Source: Octopus vulgaris (lineage: Eukaryota). Taken from it: a stretch of DNA of 64,000 bases. A program made the position numbers and the translations under genes. Positions 55,278 through 64,000 of this stretch are shown piece after piece. Position 1 is the first letter of the stretch; the number at the start of each line of letters is the position of its first letter. The DNA is taken from contig OX597817.1 of NCBI GenBank assembly GCA_951406725.2, forward strand, positions 19,158,001 through 19,222,000, written 5' to 3'. The notes under the pieces were generated by a model. That model made no database searches. It saw only the letters and a program-made list of their open reading frames with translations, and was not told where the DNA came from.

Positions 55278-55692
55278 AGGCGCAGGAGTGGCTGTGTGGT
55301 AAGTAGCTTGCTTACCAACCACATGGTTTCGGGTTTAGTCCCATTTCGTGGTATCTTGGGCAAGTGTCTTCTACTATAGCTTCGGGCCCACCAACGCCTT
55401 GTGAGTGGATTTGATAGACGGAAACTGAAAGAAGCCCGTCGTATATATGTATATGTATATATGTATGTGTGTTTGTGTGTCTGTGTTTGTCCTCCGAACA
55501 TCGCTTGACAACCGACGCTGGTGTGTTTACGTCCTCGTAACTTAGCAGTTCGGAAAAACAGACCGATAGAATGAGTACTGGGCTTATAAAGAATAAGTCC
55601 TGAGGTCGATTTGCTCGACTAAAGGCGGTGTTCCAGCATGGCCGCAGTCAAATGACTGAAGCAAATAAAAGAGTAAAGAGAGAGAGAGAGTA
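55278..55692 (+). mobile_element. SINE family A copy
   Basis: Full-length match to family A. Confidence 0.9.
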
Positions 55693-56375
55693 CTTTTTTT
55701 CAGTTTCATACAGACAATATTATTGACTTTTTATATTTGAAAATCTTCGGTAGTAATTAAAGAACTTATTTTCAGAAGCCAGATATAGCGGACCCTATGG
55801 TCTAGAGGGGTAATGTTCTCTGTGCAATTGAACGAGGATATTTTTGTGCATATGTCTATGTATGACAACATATTGATACATAGAAGCATACGTAATAATA
55901 CGCTTCAATAAAATTTCCATACAATCCTAAGACCCAGTACAGAGATAGCAACACGCATAAATTAATTCATGCGTTTAACCAAGATTGAAATGCTTTAAAA
56001 CATGTTAATTCCAACATTAGCGGTTTCAGCAGTTGCAACATAAATTCCATGTACTTGTAGCCAAAATGCGGCAACAACAAACTACTATGATCATTCCATA
56101 GAGAAGATGCGACAGGGACCTTGAATCTACATTGGAATAAGAGTGTAAATAAACATAAACGATAACTAAAGGCTAATAAAGAAAAACGAGGAGTGTAATA
56201 ATGTAGATAGAAACCTAATGCAGTTTGTGTTCATTACAATATAAATTATATATGCGCTTGGTGTGTTCTTGATGGATAGGTGAGTGTTTGTGTGCGCGAG
56301 TGTGTGCTTGAACATGTCTGTAGGATTTTATCGTCAGGTAATACATGAAGAATGTAGACCTAGGGCGACATCATA

Positions 56376-57412
56376 TCTATAAAAGAGAGGATGTGCGTGC
56401 GTGTGTGTGTGTGTATATGTGTACGTGATTGTAATTTATACATGTCCACAAATTAGCACGCATGTCGCTCCAATTTTAGGAGGGCATTTGTCAACATCCT
56501 ATTTGGGTTTTGTCAAAGTATTTTTTTCCCAGAGGCACCCGTGGATAGCGCAAATATCTATTTTCAGGCATAGCTTTTAGCCACAAAAAAATATCAGCCA
56601 TTGCTTTTTTGACAGCGTCTAACAAAAATAAGATAAAGAATAGTAGAAGGAGGCAGAGTTTCATGGGAAAGACAAAGTGAGAGAGACAGAGACAGAGAGT
56701 AAATGACGACGTTCATAAACAGCCTTAGCTTTTTTGATGTCGTCTAACAAAAAAAATAAGATAAAGAAAAGTGAAGAAGGGGGCAGAGAGTTTCACGGGA
56801 AAGACAGAGTGAGAGAAGGAGAGAGAGAGAGTGAGTGACGACGTTCATAAAAATAAAATGTAAAATGTTTTGTTTTATTTTGTTTTTGAATGACACTATA
56901 TTTTATAATCATAATAAATATATTTCTCACACAACAATTACAATATATTTATTTTAAATCATTTATTTATTTTAAATCGTTCATCTTCTCCCCCACTATC
57001 TTTCTCACAAACATTACTTTGGGTGCGAAAGGATCTTGTTTTTAATTTACGCCGAGTAAAAAGTGTTTTGTTGACAATCCATCTATTTAACAACGAAGAA
57101 ACAAAGAGGTGAGTATCAATTTGTCAGTGAATTACACAATATAAATGGATACAACTTGCGAGGCTTCCACCACACCCCACTCCGTTTCACGGACCACAAA
57201 AAGGGTTTTGAGGACAGAGTAGTTGATTCCACGCCAAAAAAAAAAAAAGATTTGTTTTCTTAGTGAAAATCGTGCGCGTACGTATCTACAAATTTAACAA
57301 CATTTTTTCCATTCATTTCTCGAACATGTATGCGTGCACAAAACATGCAATAGGTGTATGTACGTACGTGTGTGTATGTGTGTTCGTGTCTGTTGTCCAT
57401 ATATATTTATAT

Positions 57413-57462
<50 letters not shown>

Positions 57463-57585
57463 ACTAATTTCAACAGATTTCGCCCAAATTTGACATGTAT
57501 ATTACTTAGTTTGGTTTGAAATAAAGAACTCGATTAGCTTAATAATCGTAACTTAATCCCGGGAAAGACCGGGTTATACTGCTAC
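56376..57585 (+). mobile_element. Probable non-autonomous Helitron with an internal ~125-bp tandem duplication
   Basis: A|TCTATAAAAGAG start; end CCCGGGAAAGACCGGG-TTATACTG-CTAC|T (CTAG mutated); duplication 56596-56719 / 56721-56850. Confidence 0.65.
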
Positions 57586-57688
57586 TAATTTATATAATTC
57601 ATAAATGTAATCACTATTGCTGCAGCTGAGAGTTAACAGAAGTAATGAGGTGGTACGTGGAATATTTCTTACATCGCTTATTTGCAGT

Positions 57689-57845
<157 letters not shown>

Positions 57846-57892
57846 TCCTTTAAGTCCATATACTAGAGAGCTTTAATTTTGTGTGTCATCTA

Positions 57893-58117
57893 TACTCTTT
57901 TACTCTCTCTCTTTTATTTGTTTCAGTCATTTGACTGCGGCCATGCTGGAGCACCGCCTTTAATCGAGCAACTCGACCCCGGGACTTATTCTTTTTGTAA
58001 GCCCAGTACTTATTCTATCGGTCTCTTTTGCTGAACCGCTAGGTAACGGAGGCATAAACACACCAGTGTTGTCAAGCAATGCTAGGGGGACAAACACAGA
58101 CACACAAACATATACAT

Positions 58118-58194
<77 letters not shown>

Positions 58195-58360
58195 TACGAC
58201 ATGGTTCTTTCAGTTTCCGTCTACAAAATCTACTCACAAGGCATTGGTCGGCCCGGGGCAATAGCAGAAGACACTTGGCCAAGATGCCACGCAGCGGGAC
58301 TGAACCCGGAATCATGTGGTTGGTTAGCAAGCTACTTACCACACAGCCACTCCTGCGCCT
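57893..58360 (-). mobile_element. SINE family A copy
   Basis: Full-length match with a long internal (TA)n. Confidence 0.9.
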
Positions 58361-60070
58361 ATGAGGGAGAATAAACATTGTACTGGGATCGAGCTGATAG
58401 CCTGTAAGTTTTCCGATATTTTTGAGTACTGCCGATGATTCGGAGGCTAACGATGTTACTATAGCTTTGTGCAGCATGATATATGTTTCTTGCATTTTGT
58501 TTTATTGCTAAGTTTCTTTTTATAATTTCTGTTATTTTATTAGCCTTTCATTTCTTTCAGGAGAATTCATTAGGTGAGAGCTGAGTCATTGATTGGCTGG
58601 TGATTGTTTAGGAGATTTTCTGTGTTAATTACGTAACTGTAACTCTTAGCATTTGTCTATGATATGTGCTGTGAAAATTGTATTATTTCAGTGTGTGGTG
58701 CCTACATTATGTGTTGTGCGGACTGTGTTAGAGTTCGTTTTGAGTGCTGTAGATTTTATTAGTAAATAATTCTGTAAAATGCTTTCTTTGAGCTCTGTCG
58801 TTTTATTGGTTAGAGTTACTGCTGTTTATATGCTTAGCTCCAGGTCATCAATAATTGATCAGACATACAGTAAAGGCATTCCAACTAGCACTCACATATC
58901 TCTGAAACTGCAGTAATTTGTTCTGTTTCCTAGTCCAAATTATTTCCAGCTTTGCAGAGTCTCTCTAAATATGATACCGCCTCCAAGGTGCCGTTGTAAT
59001 TAGTGAATTTTTCTCTCAAGTTTCCAGAATTCCCAAGACTTTCGTTCTAAAGTCCAACATTGCCTTCTAATGTATGCATCTAGTATCAGTATTCTTCTGG
59101 TCATTTCAAACCATCTAGGCTGCCTATCTTGACAATAATCCCTCGTCACACTCAAATGATATGTTCCAGAGTTATACTCTATTTCTTCCCAAACCGTTCT
59201 ATCTCTCCCAGGTTCTCATCCAGGTTTTGAAAATATGCTACAATGTGCTGTATCTGAAAAAATATCAGCTATCACTCTGTCGTTGTCACGTTCACAAACT
59301 CAAACGTCATAAAAAGAGAAGTTAAATATAATCTTCTGCAACATATTGAACTTTAGTTCTTGTTCTACTCCAGACCCTTCGATATCATTCTGCCATGATG
59401 CATCACCTGTGTGAAAGTCATGGTTACATTTTACATCAAATTTAGTGCCTGACATAAGTTCATAAATTATATCTCAAGGGTGAGCGATTTTCGTCAAAAC
59501 ACTATCAAACACCCCTTATTTATGGTATATTTCTTGTTTCAAATTGATCACCTAGGCAGTTGCACTTGTAAATTAAGGATCTTTCAGATATAATCATAAG
59601 CAAAACCCTACTATAAAGACAATAACAATCTTCCTTGTAAATGAACTACTAAGTCAACTTAAACATAATAAATTGGCCGTCTATCAATATCAGCCAAATT
59701 TCCATCATTTTCAACCATAAGGTTTTTTACAAGTGTGCCATTGAATAAAGTAGAATTTCGACTAAGCCGTCCTGATATTCGGAGCTGCAAATTCATTGTT
59801 CAAAGAATCGATCAGTCAGGCTTGGCTTGGAGCTAAACAATATAATATAAACTAGACTCAAGTTAAACCTGAACTTCTTCGATTAATGGAAACTTTCTAA
59901 ATTCTCTAAAAGAGAGCCATACCAATCTGGCCTCGTTCAACAAAATTTACTATTGTCACTGACCTTAGGAAGGGTACAAATGTATCTCACATTTACTATT
60001 GCTACACTAGTCTCGATTAATTCATGTGTGCCACTATAAATGCTAGTTCACTATAAATGTTAGTATATTG

Positions 60071-60484
60071 TACTCTTTTACCCTTTTACTCTTTTACTCT
60101 TTTACTTGTTTCAGTCATTTGACCGTGGCCATGCTGGAGCACCGCCTTTGGTCCAGCTAGTCGACCCCAGGACTTATTATTTGTAAGCCTAGAATTATTC
60201 TATCGGTCTCTTTGCCGAACCGCTAAGTTACGGGGACGTAAACACACCAGCATCGGTTGCCAAGCGATGTTGGGCGGACAAACACAGACATACAAACATA
60301 CACATATATATAAATATATACAACGGGTTTCTTGCAGTTTCCGTCTACCAAATCCACTCGCAAGGCCTTGGTCGGCCCGAGGCTATAGTAGAAGACACTT
60401 GCCCATAGTGCCACGCAATGGGACTGAACCCGGAACCATGTGGTTGGTAAGCAAGCTACTTACAACACAGCCACTCATACGCCT
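60071..60484 (-). mobile_element. SINE family A copy
   Basis: Full-length match to family A. Confidence 0.9.
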
Positions 60485-60934
60485 GTACTGATGACATAAT
60501 ATACGTAATTAACTGAAATAGTGTACCAAAAAGGATTATCTTTCTACTTTGGAGCTAGACTATGTTTCAGACCGAAATAGCTGTTGAGTTACTAGATCTC
60601 AAAAGTGTAATAGGTCTTCCACGTTTTAAATACTGCAAAGAAGAGGGGGGAAAAAGGAACATGAAATTGATAATCGGAGACTCTCCTATCAACACACGTC
60701 AATCTCTAGCTCTGAGATATGAAGTCCATACTGGTTGCTTATTCTACCTCTATTGCAACATCTGCTCTATTGGAGGTGGTTAGGAAAATAGCAGCTCTTA
60801 TCGATCCAACTTATACGCTAGTCTCTTATCCGTCACTCAAACAATAAGTTCAAAGTAACTTCATTATCCAAGTCTGTCTTCTCAGAAAGCCATGAAGAAG
60901 TATTTACTTCCTACCTTCAGTATACTTATCCGTT

Positions 60935-61323
60935 GTGGAGGCGCAATGGCCCAGTGGTTAGGGCAGCGGACTCGCAGCCATAGGATCGCGGTTTCGATTC
61001 CCAGACCGGGCGTTGTGAGTGTTTATTGAGCGAAAACACCTAAAAAGCTCCGCGAGGCTCCGGCAGGGGATGGTGGTGATCCCTGCTGTACTCTTTCACC
61101 ACAACTTTCTCTCACTCTTACTTCCTGTTTCTGTTGTGCCTGTACTTCAAGGGGCCGGCCTTGACACTCTCTGTGTCACGCTGAATATCCTCGAGAACTA
61201 CGTTAAGGGTGCACGTGTCTGTGGAGTGCTCAGCCACTTACACGTTAATTTCACGAGCAGGCTGTTCCGTTGATTCGGATCAACCGGAACCCTCATCGTC
61301 GTAACCGACTGAGTGCTTCCAAA
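60935..61323 (+). mobile_element. SINE family C, tail type 3, with 13-bp TSD
   Basis: Same head; TSD ATACTTATCCGTT (60922-60934) / ATACTTAGCCGTT (61324-61336) with one mismatch. Confidence 0.85.
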
Positions 61324-62747
61324 ATACTTAGCCGTTCAAATTGATCGTCAACCGCATTTTAGGAAGACCTTCGAATTGCATTGCCCCGGCCTATTTAAGG
61401 TGACGACACAAAAACAGAGAGGAAATATTTTGTTTCTTTTGTTTTCTTATCAAGTATTTATATGCCAACATCTAAGTATTCCTTATATCTCCAGCTAATT
61501 ACTAAGTAAAAGCTGTCTATTCTCTCTCTTTCTCTCTTGCCCTGCTCTCTCTTTCTCGCTCTACTCTCTCTTCTTCCCTTTCTCTTCTTCCATCTCTTTC
61601 TTGTTCCCCCCTCTCTCTCTCCGTGTATAGTATAGATGTACCGTATCAATATTAGCTTTACCGTTGTGTGTTTGCAAAACAGTGGATGGCTTTCTAGTTT
61701 TTCCATCTAAGTTTTTCAGTTCACCTAGCATCCAGTTCATTATGTTAAAGCTGTCGTTTATGGATGGAATAATTTGCGCTAAAATTTGTCACCTTATTTC
61801 GGACACTGAATTTCAGTTTTAATATTATCTCTCTCACACAGTTGAAAAAGTTCGTCAAATTTTCTTAAACTCTATTTGCTGTATCTAACTAGTTTCACCT
61901 ATTTCTATATAATTCGTATTAGTGTGTGCTTCCTTCTAATTTCCTGATTTCCATTTCTGAACTTGATTATATGTTCAAAATTTTAATTAACTTGTTTCTT
62001 CTCATAATAACTTGGTATGTTTCTTCAACTTCATAGTCATTTTGATATCTTAAATGCAATTGAAAGATTTTAATATGCCTCCCTTTTGAATAATTTGCCA
62101 TGCTCCACATGACTATAAGATGTTCAAACTGCAACCAAAATGCTGATGAGAGAGCCCCGATTCATATTTCACATTTGTCAACTGTTAGCTTCTCAAGGTA
62201 AGCAGCTTTAATTGAGCAAGTTGAAACTTTACGTTTGAATCGCAGCATGAAAGTTTAGTCATTGGACGTCGTAACATCTGTGACAAATCGACGTAAGCAG
62301 AACCGCGTTAAAAACGAAAACTCACTGAGTTCTGGCTGGATTAAAGAACTGAACATGATTGTGTTTACTTCCATTTCGTTTTTAAACTTGAAGACATTAA
62401 TTTGCTAAAATATAGTGTTTCTAAATAAAATGAGGTTGCCATACGTCTACATAATAAGGCTGATAGACCAAAACAGCATAATATATATTCTTAAGATTTA
62501 CATGTTTCTACTCAACATATTTCTATTTAAGCTTCATTTCCTATAATCCTTAATGTTTTAATTTTAAGATCAATTGTATCATTTACGAGGCTATATATAA
62601 TTGTGCTACTAGCTCCAACATTCTGATGGCGAAATATTGGAAAAATGACACTCAGACTAACGTTTGTGATGTTTATAAATTTCTATATTACGTAGATTTT
62701 TTTTTATTGGCACATCTTTCATATATTGTTGTGTGTGTGTATGTATA

Positions 62748-62904
62748 GAAGGCCATATGTGTTTCAGTAAGACTCTGCACTATCACACATGACTCTAGTA
62801 ACACAGGAATTTTCATGATCACATAACCCCAAACATTTGGCCTCCTAATTCCCCAGATCTCACCTCATTGGACTATTATGCGTGGAGCGTTGTTGAGAGA
62901 GAGA

Positions 62905-62950
<46 letters not shown>

Positions 62951-63234
62951 GAGAGAGGTCAATGAGTATGCCCCTAGAAACCAAAGATTCTTTGAAAGCC
63001 AAGATAGTCAGAGTCATGTCTCAAATGAACCAGGGCCAATTGATTCGAGCATGTAGATTTAGATCTCATATAGAAGCTGTTAATGTAACTGAAGGTGGCT
63101 TTATTGAATAAGAGTATAGAAAAGAAGTTTTATTTTTATCCTAATGGCATCTTTTGATAAATAAAGTTATCTATTAGTATATATGTTTTTCTAATAAGCA
63201 TAAATCTGTCCTCAAATATCTCACGCACTCTGTA
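62748..63234 (+). mobile_element. Tc1/mariner (DD37D/maT-like) 3' remnant with right TIR, interrupted by (GA)n
   Basis: RPYVFQ*DSALSH, WPPNSPDLTSLDYYAWSVVE, RFRSHIEAVNVTEGGFIE*; terminal ...CTCACGCACTCTG|TA. Confidence 0.85.
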
Positions 63235-64000
63235 TATACACTAGCACACAAACACACACACAGGCACACACATATATACGCAGATGTGTGTGAATAATTG
63301 TTTGCGCATACATCATGTATATATATATATATAAGTATGTATGTATGTATGTATGTATGTATGTATGTATGTATGTATGTATGAATGTCTGCATATATCT
63401 ATGTATATGTGGTGTGTGTGATTGTATGTGACATAATGCGTGTGTAATATACTGCTATTCTTTTAGTCTTACAGATGAACAGTTTTCCGGTATTTGAAAT
63501 CATATTGTTAAATGTTCCATCAATATTAACCTCTCCGCCAGTGACTTCAAAGATTTCTTTCTCTATTTTTATGTTTATACTGTCCAGAATATATATTATG
63601 TGCCTGTCATATAATTATTAATTACCACTGGACAAAGACATGAGTGAGTTATAATCACAGAAATTACTAACATTTGCGACTACCTTATAATTTCCTTTGC
63701 AAGTCAGCCATCGTGGTAGCAGTAATATTTTACGTGCTCATTAATCATTGATCTAAGAGTTTTACTTGTGTCAATGGGGAAGATTAAACGTTAACCTTTT
63801 CCTTCACTTCTTCTTTGAAAAGTTTCCCTCATCGTTATTTCGCAAATTCTAATATTTGACGTAATTTATCCACAGCATTATTTAGGCTCGTCATTTATTA
63901 AAACCTTTAGTGACACGAATTGCAATATTCCGTAATCTTGCCAACGTGTTACAGTGGGCATTTCAACAATACTTAGATTAATATCTTGTCACTATGGCAA

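Noticed and set aside
58370-59270. Possible very old LINE remnants on the minus strand
   Set aside because: Too degenerate to identify diagnostic motifs.

Overview
AT-rich eukaryotic DNA, inferred to be octopus or another coleoid cephalopod from its SINE families and extreme (TA)n/(CA)n/(GATA)n/(AAT)n density. Nearly all listed ORFs are microsatellite or repeat artefacts. The window is a repeat mosaic: three tRNA-derived SINE families, three non-autonomous Helitrons, a long-TIR MITE, four decayed Tc1/mariner remnants, RTE, CR1-group and R4/Dong LINE fragments, and LTR fragments. A few short minus-strand exons (35223-35436, 8256-8356, 4651-4712, 1912-2008) suggest a long-intron gene of unknown product. 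The most interesting signal is a recurring class of fold-back insertions in (TA)n tracts. Several (TA)n-embedded modules carry minimal hammerhead ribozyme motifs of the kind known from Penelope-like retroelements, including a U3:A8 covariant core present in both arms of a ~345-bp near-perfect palindrome. Also seen: a degenerate HDV-like ribozyme at an RTE 5' end, a templated insertion with twin-priming geometry, and a SINE head joined to three different tails. All alignments and folds were done by eye; no searches were run.
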